Below, piece after piece: positions 44,021-52,519 of a stretch of DNA of 56,269 bases. The notes under the pieces are model-generated. The model was given only the letters and a program-made list of their open reading frames with translations. It searched no databases and was not told the origin of the DNA. The DNA lies in the IMG/VR virus record IMGVR_UViG_3300016263_000241, positions 1-56,269 of that record; one strand, written 5' to 3'. Source of the stretch: a virus. Taxonomy: Duplodnaviria; Caudoviricetes. Each line of letters opens with the position of its first letter. Position 1 is the first letter of the stretch. The position numbers were made by a program, and so were the translations under genes.

Positions 44021-44257
44021 TTAGATCCCCAATGCTGCGCGATAGGTGTCCAGAAGCATATCAGCTTCCTGACGGGCGTGGGCTTCCATCTTCCGCAGGC
44101 GGACGATCTGGCGCATGATCTTGGTGTCATAGCCCCGTGATTTAGCTTCGCTGTACGTGTCTTTCACGTCGTCCGCGATGCCCTGCTTTTCAGCCTCCAG
44201 TGTCTCGATCCTCTCGATCAGCAGGCGGAGTTCATCAGCACTAACTTGTTCGCTCAT
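44021..44257 (-). CDS. gapR: GapR (DUF2312/UPF0335) nucleoid-associated protein homologue
   Basis: LRLLIERIETLEAEK..DDVKDTYSEAKSRGYDTKIMRQIVRLRK..YRAALG. Confidence 0.85.
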   Translation of the reverse strand: MSEQVSADELRLLIERIETLEAEKQGIADDVKDTYSEAKSRGYDTKIMRQIVRLRKMEAHARQEADMLLDTYRAALGI

Positions 44258-44661
44258 TTGTTGTTTCTTTCTTCGATAAGGACATGCGTATAGTCTCGCC
44301 ATACGATGCCGTGGTTTGCTCCAAACGCATAGATACACTCGATCAGATCGGAGAATTGGCTGACCGATAAAGTCGATGATTTCGGCGGGATCACAACCAT
44401 GCCGTCCCCGCCAAGGTTTGGCTCGAAACGTGCCTTGATGCCGATCTCGAACAGGAAGACTGCCTTCCATGTTTCCTTGTCCAGATCCCGGCCGCCGGGC
44501 TTTGCATCCGCAATGTCTTCCAATAGCGCCCACATGAGCGCATTTTGGTCGAGGCTGCGGGTGCGCTCTTTGAACGAGACCACATAATTGTCTGGGGCTT
44601 CGTCAATGAGCTGCTTGGCATAGTCACGCTGCGCCTTCGTTTTTAGAATTATGCTCTTCAT
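44254..44661 (-). CDS. ninB: NinB/Orf-family recombination protein
   Basis: RSLDQNALMWALLEDIA, WKAVF, SSTLSVSQFSDLIECIYAFGA. Confidence 0.85.
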   Translation of the reverse strand: MKSIILKTKAQRDYAKQLIDEAPDNYVVSFKERTRSLDQNALMWALLEDIADAKPGGRDLDKETWKAVFLFEIGIKARFEPNLGGDGMVVIPPKSSTLSVSQFSDLIECIYAFGANHGIVWRDYTHVLIEERNNK

Positions 44662-44977
44662 TCCACTGCTCCCAAAGCCTTTCGGCCTCGGCCAGAAGAT
44701 CAACGCCCCAGCGTTCCTTGAACCCCTTATGACCCAGAGCCTCAACCGATATGGTGGGCCCGTGCTGGATCAGGTGATGCATGGCGCACAGGGGAGCCAA
44801 TCTCTTATGACTGCGGGCAATCCGTTTGTGGCCATCGCTGGTCACGTGATGAAGGGTCACCGGACGGCGTCCACAGGCAAGGCAGGCACACTCTGCCACC
44901 CAGCCCATGAAGCGCCGCTCTTCAGCCGTAGGGGCCGCACCGGCCTTTGGCTTCATCCGTTTATGATTGACCTTCAT
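44624..44977 (-). CDS. Ref/DUF968-like HNH Zn-finger nuclease
   Basis: CLACG..LHH..APLCAMHH. Confidence 0.7.
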   Translation of the reverse strand: MKVNHKRMKPKAGAAPTAEERRFMGWVAECACLACGRRPVTLHHVTSDGHKRIARSHKRLAPLCAMHHLIQHGPTISVEALGHKGFKERWGVDLLAEAERLWEQWNEEHNSKNEGAA

Positions 44978-45575
44978 CGAGCGCCTTCAAGTCTGCTTCG
45001 ACCTCGGCCAGAAACTCAGCCACATCCTTTTCCAGTTCAGCGATGCGCTTATTGTCCCGCTCGATCCGCTGGATGAATACCTGATGCTGCTCAGGGAAGC
45101 GTGGGTCATAGCTGACAAAGTCGCACCACTTACGGCCTGTGACAGCCATCTGCCACTGCATCTGGGTGATATATTTGGCCGGAACCTTCTTGCTCAGCAG
45201 CGTGTCGAGATGCGTGGCCGAATTGGGGCACTTGATCTCTACGAGGCCATCTTCGCCCACAAGGCGGTCAGGAGAGGCGTGCGTGCCCTCAATAGACGGG
45301 TGCTTATAGATACCGCACACCTCAGTCGGGTTGCCCGTTAGGAAGACATAGGCGATGGCTGCGTTATCTTCCTGATCATGGCCCCACTGCATGGCAGCGT
45401 TGGTGAAGCTTTCCTGCGGCGTGCCTGTGAGGCGCTCCAGCACGATACGAGCCTTTGCGTTGGCTCGGCCAGCGCCCCAGCCAGACTTGGTCTTGGCAAG
45501 GGCTTCATGGACGGCGGAGGCACCCAGAGAGCCGCAACGGGCCTGATGCCATTCGGGTGTGTTCTGCTCAATCAT
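44961..45575 (-). CDS. YqaJ/lambda-exonuclease family
   Basis: EQNTPEWHQAR, ASPDRLV, EIKCP, QMQWQM, WCDFVSYDPR. Confidence 0.9.
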   Translation of the reverse strand: MIEQNTPEWHQARCGSLGASAVHEALAKTKSGWGAGRANAKARIVLERLTGTPQESFTNAAMQWGHDQEDNAAIAYVFLTGNPTEVCGIYKHPSIEGTHASPDRLVGEDGLVEIKCPNSATHLDTLLSKKVPAKYITQMQWQMAVTGRKWCDFVSYDPRFPEQHQVFIQRIERDNKRIAELEKDVAEFLAEVEADLKALDEGQS

Positions 45576-46135
45576 TTCGACACTTTCTTCTTAACGGACG
45601 CAATTGCGTGATCGGCCTGATCCTTGGTCAACTGCTTGATGCTATCAACCTTGTAGAAGCGGCACAGTGTTGCAACGTCGGTGTTGGTAACCTCGATCAT
45701 GGTGATCAGCTCGGCAATCTGCGCGTCGCTGGCCAGAACCTTCTTCGGCTCAGGTGCGTCGCGGCCGGTGGTGGCTTCCAGAGCATCTCGCTCCACGATT
45801 TCGAGCGCGGTCGTCCAGAGATAGCGGCGCTGGTAGGTTTCAACCGCGCCAATGTTCTGCACCTCGTGGCAACCCTTCAAGGATGCGCTGCCCATCGGAG
45901 AGGTGATGACGATCTCTTCGCCAGTCTCAACGTCCACAATCCGCATGGTCGCATATTCGTTGTCGAATGAGACGACAGCACACAGGCCAAGCAGCTCAAA
46001 TGCGTTCAGGGCAGGGATCAGAAAGTCGGATAGTTCGAAATAGTCGTAGTTCGCAAAGCTGTTGCGACCAGACTTCTTCAACGACTGCGAATGCACCATC
46101 GTGCGGGCATCGTTGAGCTTCTTATACACACTCAT
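45572..46135 (-). CDS. ERF-family ssDNA annealing protein
   Basis: KSGRNSFANYDYFELSDF, QNIGAVETYQRRYL. Confidence 0.85.
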   Translation of the reverse strand: MSVYKKLNDARTMVHSQSLKKSGRNSFANYDYFELSDFLIPALNAFELLGLCAVVSFDNEYATMRIVDVETGEEIVITSPMGSASLKGCHEVQNIGAVETYQRRYLWTTALEIVERDALEATTGRDAPEPKKVLASDAQIAELITMIEVTNTDVATLCRFYKVDSIKQLTKDQADHAIASVKKKVSK

Positions 46136-46168
46136 AACGGTCTCCAGTTCTATTTGTTTGAGGGCTGC

Positions 46169-46232
46169 ACCATAGCAGCGCCAACCCCAAGGTCAATAAA
46201 AAAATTGCATTGGGTGTAAAACGATGTATACG
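46169..46232. promoter_or_regulatory. Divergent PL/PR-like promoters
   Basis: - strand TTGACC-N16-TATGGT; + strand TTGCAT-N16-TATACG; A-tract between. Confidence 0.6.
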
Positions 46233-46254
46233 CCGCCGTGAAAAGGAGAAAACC

Positions 46255-46452
46255 ATGAGCGATGATGTAACCCATCTGATCAACAAGCTTTACGCCGACA
46301 TGGCCATGCACAACATCCGCGCGTACCAGCTTGCCCAGCGGGCCAAGATCGGTGCCAACGTGCTGAGCAACTGGCGCACTGGCAAGCAGTCACCGACCCT
46401 TGCAATGTACGTCCATGTGCGGCGCGTGCTGGATGACATGATCAGTGAGTAA
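46255..46452 (+). CDS. Cro/XRE-like HTH regulator
   Basis: LAQRAKIGANVLSNWRTGKQSPTL. Confidence 0.8.
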   Translation: MSDDVTHLINKLYADMAMHNIRAYQLAQRAKIGANVLSNWRTGKQSPTLAMYVHVRRVLDDMISE

Positions 46453-46777
46453 GTACGGGGCCAAGAAATCCCAATGCCTGCATGGTCACACCCATGACAG
46501 CATCAAGGAGGCCAAGCGCTGCAACGATCTGCACCTGCTCCAGCGGGCGGGTCAGATCACCCACTTGGTGGTGCAGCCGCAGTTTTGGTTCCAGATCGAC
46601 GGCCGCCAGATCAAGCATGACAATGGTCGGCGCGTCGGCATGAAGCCAGACTTTCAGTATTTTGAGGGGGACAAGAACGTGGTCGAGGATGTGAAGGGCT
46701 TCAAAACAGCCGAGTACACCTTGCGTAAGGCCATCTTCAAAGCCCTGTTCCCGCACATAACCTTTGTGGAGAGCTGA
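46445..46777 (+). CDS. DUF1064 PD-(D/E)XK nuclease (resolvase-like)
   Basis: SKYGAKK, DSIKEAKR, PDFQY..VVEDVKG. Confidence 0.85.
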   Translation: MSKYGAKKSQCLHGHTHDSIKEAKRCNDLHLLQRAGQITHLVVQPQFWFQIDGRQIKHDNGRRVGMKPDFQYFEGDKNVVEDVKGFKTAEYTLRKAIFKALFPHITFVES

Positions 46778-47131
46778 ATGATACGGATGACCAAAAACCT
46801 AACGCGCCGCAAAATGACGCTGGAAGAGTTCCTAAAGATGCCGATCATCGTGCCAGAGGAGGTGGAGGTGCCCCCCGAGCTTCGTCCGATTGCGGATGAG
46901 GTGTGCGACCGGCACAACGTTATGCCTCGGCATATCTTTGGCAACGGCCGGGATAAGCAGTGCGTTGAGGCTCGAGCCGACTTTGTGCGGACCCTGCATT
47001 TCAAGCACCGCCACACCGCGCAGGACATCGCGCACATCATGAAAATGGACCCGACAAGCGTCAAGCATTACCTTGGTTTGCGGTCAAAATCCAAAGTCAA
47101 ATATGATGACTTGCGCTTAATGTATGGTTGA
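46778..47131 (+). CDS. DnaA C-terminal-like HTH protein
   Basis: IADEVCDRHNV..R..AR..IAHIMKMDPTSVKH. Confidence 0.6.
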   Translation: MIRMTKNLTRRKMTLEEFLKMPIIVPEEVEVPPELRPIADEVCDRHNVMPRHIFGNGRDKQCVEARADFVRTLHFKHRHTAQDIAHIMKMDPTSVKHYLGLRSKSKVKYDDLRLMYG

Positions 47132-47176
47132 CATGGTTTTTGGTTTTGGTTTACGAACCACAAACCAGAAATCATG
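47128..47176 (+). promoter_or_regulatory. TTGACA promoter overlapping a 20-bp inverted repeat of TGGTT units
   Basis: CATGGTTTTTGGTTTTGGTT-TACG-AACCACAAACCAGAAATCATG. Confidence 0.55.
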
Positions 47177-47185
47177 GAGGGGTAT

Positions 47186-47386
47186 ATGCATCCACGACAA
47201 AAAGCCGCAATGCAAGGTGAGCCAACCTATGATGGCAATCCTTGCAAGACCTGTGGAAACACCAAGCGACGCACAATTAACGCAACCTGCATTAAGTGCG
47301 GGAATGAATTGAGCAAGCGGCTTGTTAACCGCCGTAGACAGGAAATTAAATCATTACTGTCTCCCTCAGAGGGGGGTGGCCAATGA
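47186..47386 (+). CDS. Small Zn-binding protein
   Basis: GGAGG RBS; YDGNPCKTCG..R..CIKC. Confidence 0.65.
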   Translation: MHPRQKAAMQGEPTYDGNPCKTCGNTKRRTINATCIKCGNELSKRLVNRRRQEIKSLLSPSEGGGQ

Positions 47387-48066
47387 GATTAATTCCTAAA
47401 AACTGGAAGGCATTCCAGCATTATAATGATCGCTGTCCGCCGTGGATAAAGCTTCATCGTGACTTGCTGAATGATCGCGCTTTCATGTCGCTACCAATTG
47501 CTAGCAAGGCGCTAGCGCCATTAATGTGGCTGCTAGCAAGTGAGAGCAAGGATGGTTCATTTGATGCCTCAACCGAAGAGTTGGCCTTTCGCTTGCGATT
47601 GTCGGTCTCTGAGATTGAGGCTGGACTTAAACCATTGATAAACAGCGGTTTTTTCCTTGATGCTAGCACGCTGCTAGCGCCATGCTTGCAGGTTGCTACC
47701 CCAGAGACAGAGACAGAGACAGAGACAAAGAGAGAGGGAAAGGCAGATATACTCTCTAACGAGAGTATGCCTGAAACAGACGTTTCAGACGACGACAAGT
47801 TTCTTCCGAAGCACGTAGTTGAGGTTTGGAACGAGCTTGCCATGAGGATTGGTAAGCCGAAGGTAAGGGATTTGACGCCTGAACGTCAGCAGCTCTTGAA
47901 AGGCCGCATGTCGCAGTATGGCATTGATGACTTCGCGCTGGTGTTCAACAACATCGAGCGGAGCCCGTTCCTGCGCGGCGATCACGGTTGGCGGGGATGT
48001 ACCTTCGACTGGGTGTTCAAGAAATCGAATTTCCAAAAGATACTGGAAGGCAACTACAATGACTAA
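47383..48066 (+). CDS. Replication initiator (lambda O-like organisation)
   Basis: NWKAFQHY..PPWIKLHR; ETETET linker; FDWVFKKSNFQKILEGNY. Confidence 0.8.
   Translation: MRLIPKNWKAFQHYNDRCPPWIKLHRDLLNDRAFMSLPIASKALAPLMWLLASESKDGSFDASTEELAFRLRLSVSEIEAGLKPLINSGFFLDASTLLAPCLQVATPETETETETKREGKADILSNESMPETDVSDDDKFLPKHVVEVWNELAMRIGKPKVRDLTPERQQLLKGRMSQYGIDDFALVFNNIERSPFLRGDHGWRGCTFDWVFKKSNFQKILEGNYND
47500..47727. repeat. GCTAGC iteron-like palindromes and GAGACA repeats (probable origin)
   Basis: GCTAGC at 47500, 47511, 47532, 47662 and 47673; degenerate copies at 47684 and 47695. Confidence 0.55.
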
Positions 48067-48247
48067 CGCGCTGAAGAAGAACATGGGTGAGACGCAGGCG
48101 GCCCGCTACGGGATCGACGCCCTGCAAAACCACTGCGCCAACCTGAACAAGCTCAATTGGGTGATCGCCAGCGGCCGCCCGTATTTCGTCAACCGCCGGG
48201 AGGGTTCCGACGGTACCTTCACGCATTTCGTGGACCGCAGCGCTTAA
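48059..48247 (+). CDS. Hypothetical protein
   Basis: Overlaps the initiator stop. Confidence 0.55.
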   Translation: MTNALKKNMGETQAARYGIDALQNHCANLNKLNWVIASGRPYFVNRREGSDGTFTHFVDRSA

Positions 48248-48420
48248 TGCCAGTTAACAGGGGGCGAATGCCGGATCTTGAGAGGGTCGATTTCATCTTC
48301 CGCAATGGACAGGTGCGGCGCGATCAAGATCCGGCAAAGTGGAGGTGGAAGCCTTTGGACTTTGAGAGCGACTGGGACATCGTCCGATACCAGCCATCAC
48401 TCTCTAACGAAAAAAAATAG
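48247..48420 (+). CDS. Hypothetical protein
   Basis: TAATG coupling; FRNG..WRW..WDIVRY. Confidence 0.65.
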   Translation: MPVNRGRMPDLERVDFIFRNGQVRRDQDPAKWRWKPLDFESDWDIVRYQPSLSNEKK

Positions 48421-48492
48421 TTGACTAGGGTTTTATCTGCGGCTAACCGGGGAAGGTCAGAGGGCATTGGTGCCCACAACAAGGAGACTGAC
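48421..48492 (+). promoter_or_regulatory. Early promoter plus hairpin leader (copy B)
   Basis: TTGACT-N17-TAACCG; GGGCA-ttgg-TGCCC-ACA-acaa-GGAGAC. Confidence 0.6.
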
Positions 48493-48738
48493 ATGACGAC
48501 GATTACGAACTTCGCAGACGACATCTTCAGCATCACGCGGACCAAGCCTGTGCGTAAGCCACGCCAGTACAAGGCCACGTGGCCGTGCGGGTCTACTTGG
48601 GAGTTTGACCGCTTCGACCTCGAGGTGCCGGACTTTCACAACGGCGAGCAGAATGGCGTGACCTACTGTTACCGCACACTGCGCGAGGCAATCGACGGCC
48701 TCAAGTCGCTCGGCTGCACAGTCGAGAAGGATGCCTGA
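48493..48738 (+). CDS. Hypothetical early protein
   Basis: GGAGAC RBS. Confidence 0.7.
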   Translation: MTTITNFADDIFSITRTKPVRKPRQYKATWPCGSTWEFDRFDLEVPDFHNGEQNGVTYCYRTLREAIDGLKSLGCTVEKDA

Positions 48739-48985
48739 GATGAAATATCTCACCGCTCAATACATCCGCGATGCGATTGCTAACGACCCCCGCTTCGACC
48801 CGAACATCGAGCTGGACGAACCGGGCAAGGCAATTGTCTGGCTGGCCGACGGTTACACATGGGAACGCAACGACGGCAACCGCAGCGTCGAGGGCTTCAT
48901 TATCGCAGCAGACAACAGCGACAATGCGCCACGCGACACGGTGCCGTATTGGAACCAGTGCGTCGCTAACATCGAAGAGATTTAA
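48731..48985 (+). CDS. Hypothetical early protein
   Basis: Coupled ORF; VWLADGYTW. Confidence 0.65.
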   Translation: MPEMKYLTAQYIRDAIANDPRFDPNIELDEPGKAIVWLADGYTWERNDGNRSVEGFIIAADNSDNAPRDTVPYWNQCVANIEEI

Positions 48986-49025
48986 TCAACCGGGGGCTTC
49001 GGCCCCCCAACCCTCGGAGGGTAGT

Positions 49026-49217
49026 ATGATCAAGTTCGAAATCATCAAGCACACAGCCCAAGACATCAATGGCCGCACCGAGTGGATTGCCACCGTTGCG
49101 CATACAGAGACTTGGTCTGATGCCGTGTGCCTCGCCATGGAGCTGGAGGCTGCCGATCGCGGCAAGCTGCATAACGGCCGGGCAATTCAATATGACGTTA
49201 TTTCACTGGGAGCATGA
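49026..49217 (+). CDS. Hypothetical early protein
   Basis: GGAGG RBS after GGGGGC-ttcg-GCCCCC hairpin. Confidence 0.65.
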   Translation: MIKFEIIKHTAQDINGRTEWIATVAHTETWSDAVCLAMELEAADRGKLHNGRAIQYDVISLGA

Positions 49218-49639
49218 GCATGTATTACGATTGGAAACACAAACCCGTATCTCTGGCCATCAAGAGCAAGCTGCGCGCAGAGCTCGTAGAGGCTGGTTTC
49301 AAGACCGTTGGCGATCTGGTTAACGCAGATCCCGCAGACATCGCTGCAAAGGTACACAACATCGGTATCAAGCGGGCTGAAAAGATCCGCAATGCAGCAC
49401 TGGCAGATGCCATTGCAGATGTTTCGGAAAAAAAGCCTAAGCAGCGCAAGCCCCGCCAGCCTCGTAAGCCGGTAGATCCTTTTGTCCTTCAATTGCCGAA
49501 GGAGACGCAAAAGCAGGCTGAGCCCATCATCATCCAGATGCCGCGAGAACCATTCTCTTACCTGACGTTTGCTGCGACGGTTTTGGTAACTGCCGCCATC
49601 GTGTTCAGTGTCAGCTTCCTGATCGAGGCCATCGTATGA
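49214..49639 (+). CDS. RNAP alpha-CTD/HhH-like domain with C-terminal TM helix
   Basis: LVEAGFKTVGDLV..NIGIKRAEKI; FAATVLVTAAIVFSVSFLI. Confidence 0.6.
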   Translation: MSMYYDWKHKPVSLAIKSKLRAELVEAGFKTVGDLVNADPADIAAKVHNIGIKRAEKIRNAALADAIADVSEKKPKQRKPRQPRKPVDPFVLQLPKETQKQAEPIIIQMPREPFSYLTFAATVLVTAAIVFSVSFLIEAIV

Positions 49640-49914
49640 GCAAGAAGACAATACCCGAGATCCGCGAGGAGATGCTGGAGCTGTCCGCGCAAATGCAGCT
49701 CATGGCGCGTCGCATGAAGTTTCTGGCACAGGAAACCTACCGGCGCTCCTACGAGCGGGCACCAACACGCAGTCGGCGTATCACGCAAAAGCTTCGGACG
49801 GAGATCGAGGTCTATAGGTTCCAGAACCCGACGGCATCGTTTCAAGACGTTGCGAACGCCTTTGGGGTTAATCCCGGCCGCGTGAGCGAGATTATACATG
49901 GGAAGCGCGGATGA
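49636..49914 (+). CDS. HTH protein
   Basis: SFQDVANAFGVNPGRVSEII. Confidence 0.75.
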   Translation: MSKKTIPEIREEMLELSAQMQLMARRMKFLAQETYRRSYERAPTRSRRITQKLRTEIEVYRFQNPTASFQDVANAFGVNPGRVSEIIHGKRG

Positions 49915-50156
49915 CCGCAGAAGAGTTTAAGGCAGCGCGCAAGCAGCTCGGCATGACGGTTCGCCAGATGGCCGACGCCCTGCGCCTGTCCACCACAAAT
50001 GGTTACCGGATGATCCGGCGTATCGAGAGCGGCGAGATTGCAGTCTCTGGCCCGATCTCGGTGGCTGTTGAAGCCATGCTCGCCGGGTTCGTCTGGGTCG
50101 AAGACGACATGTTTGAGGAGAATGAGGGTGAACGATATTTTGAAGAGGGCTTCTAA
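49911..50156 (+). CDS. XRE-like HTH protein
   Basis: MTAEEFKAARKQLGMTVRQMADAL..IRRIESG. Confidence 0.8.
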   Translation: MTAEEFKAARKQLGMTVRQMADALRLSTTNGYRMIRRIESGEIAVSGPISVAVEAMLAGFVWVEDDMFEENEGERYFEEGF

Positions 50157-50319
50157 GGCCTTTGCCAAATACGACCGTCTCAAGGCTGAGATGGCAATCT
50201 TGGAGCGTGAGCTGACCAGCATGTGCCGCGAATATGACATGGCATCTGGCTGCCGGGGAACGCGTGTTGAAAGCCTGCGCCAACGTGCAGGGGAACGTAT
50301 GGGAAGGAAAGTCGCATGA
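50128..50319 (+). CDS. Hypothetical protein
   Basis: GAGGAG RBS, GTG start. Confidence 0.55.
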   Translation: MNDILKRASKAFAKYDRLKAEMAILERELTSMCREYDMASGCRGTRVESLRQRAGERMGRKVA

Positions 50320-50495
50320 ATATCGAGATTGTTGCTTTGATCGCCATCGGCGTGGCTTTTGCGGCAGGCTTTGGATTTGGCTGGCTGCATCGCAACAAAG
50401 CCTACAAGACACTGCTAGAAGAGTACCACACCCTGACTGACCGCGATGAAAAGGGCCGGTTCAAAAAGTCGATGCGGGTGCTGAAAGATGGTTAG
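50316..50495 (+). CDS. Small membrane protein ending RDEKGRF
   Basis: N-terminal TM helix; not in ORF track. Confidence 0.6.
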   Translation: MNIEIVALIAIGVAFAAGFGFGWLHRNKAYKTLLEEYHTLTDRDEKGRFKKSMRVLKDG

Positions 50496-50697
50496 TGACC
50501 GCTGCGATGAGTTCTTTAAACAGGACCAAAACCTGCAAGCCCGGCGTCGGAAGCTGGAGGACGGCTCAAGGCAGCTCTGTAAGGCCATACTGGAGACCGG
50601 CAAGGTGTATCGCCGCATGACGATATACGAGCAGGAAGAGGCCAAGGTTTATGCGGGGCTGTCACCTAACGGCACATATTTGGGATTGATCAAATGA
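50488..50697 (+). CDS. Hypothetical protein
   Basis: Coupled ORF. Confidence 0.55.
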   Translation: MVSDRCDEFFKQDQNLQARRRKLEDGSRQLCKAILETGKVYRRMTIYEQEEAKVYAGLSPNGTYLGLIK

Positions 50698-51059
50698 AAA
50701 AGCTATTACTGCCGCTGGCGCTGCTGGTGCCGACAGAGGCTGCGGCCGCCACATGGCGCAAGGCTGCTGAGAGCCAAGACGAAAGAACCACAGGCTGGGT
50801 CGATGTGAGCAGCATTAGGACCAGCAAGACTGGCAAGACCGCATGGGTCAGGCTGAACCTTGATAGCGGCGGCTGGGCCACAAGCTTCATCGCCGTGCGT
50901 TGCTCTGTCAAAACTTACTACGAGGCCAAGGTGGTTTATTACGAGCCAGACGGCAATTCGAGCGATCTGACGGCCGATCAGCCTAAGTGGAAGCTGGCAA
51001 CGCCTGACAGCATCATGGATGGCATTCTGGACATGGTTTGCGACGATACGTCGTATTGA
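50694..51059 (+). CDS. Exported protein (surface-adhesin-E-like)
   Basis: Signal peptide; WVDVSSIR..AWVR..C..PDS..VC. Confidence 0.65.
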   Translation: MKKLLLPLALLVPTEAAAATWRKAAESQDERTTGWVDVSSIRTSKTGKTAWVRLNLDSGGWATSFIAVRCSVKTYYEAKVVYYEPDGNSSDLTADQPKWKLATPDSIMDGILDMVCDDTSY

Positions 51060-51069
51060 GGGGGATGAT

Positions 51070-51360
51070 ATGATTGAGATTGGATTAGAGCGCGCCAAGC
51101 AGGCGGCAGATCACGCAGGGGATGAATGGAAGGCGGCGGCCTATCAAGCCTTTGTGCAGTACGCGCGTGAGCATAAGACGTTCACCACAGAAGAGGTTCG
51201 CAAGGCCAACCCAGATCTGCCTGTTGCGCCCGATCAAAGGGCGTGGGGGCATATTGCAAAATCTGCTGAAAAAGCGGAGATTGTTGAGGCTGTTGGGTTC
51301 AAGCGAGCTCAGAGCTCAAACGGAAGGGTATCGGTCCTGTGGGGAAGCACTCTGATTTAG
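51070..51360 (+). CDS. Hypothetical winged-helix-like protein
   Basis: FTTEEVR..DQRAWG..LW.S. Confidence 0.65.
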   Translation: MIEIGLERAKQAADHAGDEWKAAAYQAFVQYAREHKTFTTEEVRKANPDLPVAPDQRAWGHIAKSAEKAEIVEAVGFKRAQSSNGRVSVLWGSTLI

Positions 51361-51530
51361 TGTCTCGCATCGTGGCTGATCTGCGTGATGAGGCGCACAT
51401 GGCGATATGCAAGGCCATGGAAGTGCCTCACATTGATCTGAAGGCCACAGAGGCCAATTGCCAGATGATAGAGACCGTCGCGGACTATATCGAGGAAAGG
51501 TACGCCCATGACGCCTACACAACTGGGTGA
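51339..51530 (+). CDS. Hypothetical protein
   Basis: Fills the gap in a coupled gene run. Confidence 0.45.
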   Translation: MGKHSDLVSRIVADLRDEAHMAICKAMEVPHIDLKATEANCQMIETVADYIEERYAHDAYTTG

Positions 51531-51690
51531 GGTGATCTTCGAGTTCATCTCCCGGCTAGAAGATGCTGAGACAGAGTTATGGGATGAGATGGCATTTGTT
51601 GAGGGCCACCTCCACCTGACTGTCCCCTTTTGTGATGGCAAGTGGGCTATCATCATAACCAGACCAGATGAAATGGACACAGTGCAATGA
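51508..51690 (+). CDS. Hypothetical protein
   Basis: AGGAAAGG RBS. Confidence 0.5.
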   Translation: MTPTQLGEVIFEFISRLEDAETELWDEMAFVEGHLHLTVPFCDGKWAIIITRPDEMDTVQ

Positions 51691-51875
51691 CCGATCCTGT
51701 TATGAAGGCGCGTGAAGATCTGATTGCCGAGCGGGAGGCAGAGGGCCGTCCCTTGAGTGATGTGGTGCAACGGGGCATCCGCTCAGGCCAATGGGACAAC
51801 GGTGACCTGATCCGCAGGCACGTCAAAAATAATATCGAAAACCCCTTGCGCGGTGATAAAATAGTTGTACAGTGA
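51687..51875 (+). CDS. Hypothetical protein
   Basis: ATGA coupling; IRSGQWD. Confidence 0.6.
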   Translation: MTDPVMKAREDLIAEREAEGRPLSDVVQRGIRSGQWDNGDLIRRHVKNNIENPLRGDKIVVQ

Positions 51876-51916
51876 GCATATCAACAGGGCCAGTGGCCCA
51901 CATTTGGAGACGTGAA
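51846..51916 (+). promoter_or_regulatory. Early promoter plus hairpin leader (copy C)
   Basis: TTGCGC-N16-TACAGT; GGGCC-agt-GGCCC-ACA-ttt-GGAGAC. Confidence 0.6.
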
Positions 51917-52507
51917 ATGGCTTATTCAGAAACGTACATCGAGAATGAAGTCCGTTACGAAGCGGGCAAGCAGCGCCGTATTGCTGAGAACCGCCGCAAG
52001 TCTGGCCGTGCCAAGTGGTTTGCCGCGCACGAAGATGCACAGGCAATTTATGACTGGCTGTTTGATCAGGAGCACGCGCTGGCCTTTTACGCTAAGGGCG
52101 ACTTTCTCAACAAAATTCGCAACACAATTGACGAGTGGGGCGGCCTGACTGACGGTCAGCATACAGCCGTTGCTAAGTCTTATGCTCGCGCGCAAGAGCT
52201 TGAAGCCACTCGCAACCAGCGTCGTGAAGAGCAGGCGGCCGCTGATCGCAACGGCTCGAAGCACGTTGGCTCTGTAGGAGAGCGCATTGATCTGACCGTC
52301 ACTTGTGAGCGCAATTTCTCATATGAGACTGATTTCGGCATCACTTACATCAATGTCTGCCGCGACGCAGACGGCAACATCATCATCTATAAGGGCACTA
52401 AGAGCTTGTTTAAGGGCAGCACCTATACGGGTAAGGCCACGATCAAGGCTCACAGTGTGCGTGAAGGCGTTGCTCAGACGCTAATCGCTCGGCCTAAGTT
52501 TGACTGA
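51917..52507 (+). CDS. Early protein with C-terminal OB-fold-like domain
   Basis: WGGLTDGQ; HVGSVGER..DADGNIIIYKG..KATIKAH..QTLIARP. Confidence 0.75.
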   Translation: MAYSETYIENEVRYEAGKQRRIAENRRKSGRAKWFAAHEDAQAIYDWLFDQEHALAFYAKGDFLNKIRNTIDEWGGLTDGQHTAVAKSYARAQELEATRNQRREEQAAADRNGSKHVGSVGERIDLTVTCERNFSYETDFGITYINVCRDADGNIIIYKGTKSLFKGSTYTGKATIKAHSVREGVAQTLIARPKFD

Positions 52508-52519
52508 GTGGGGGGTATC

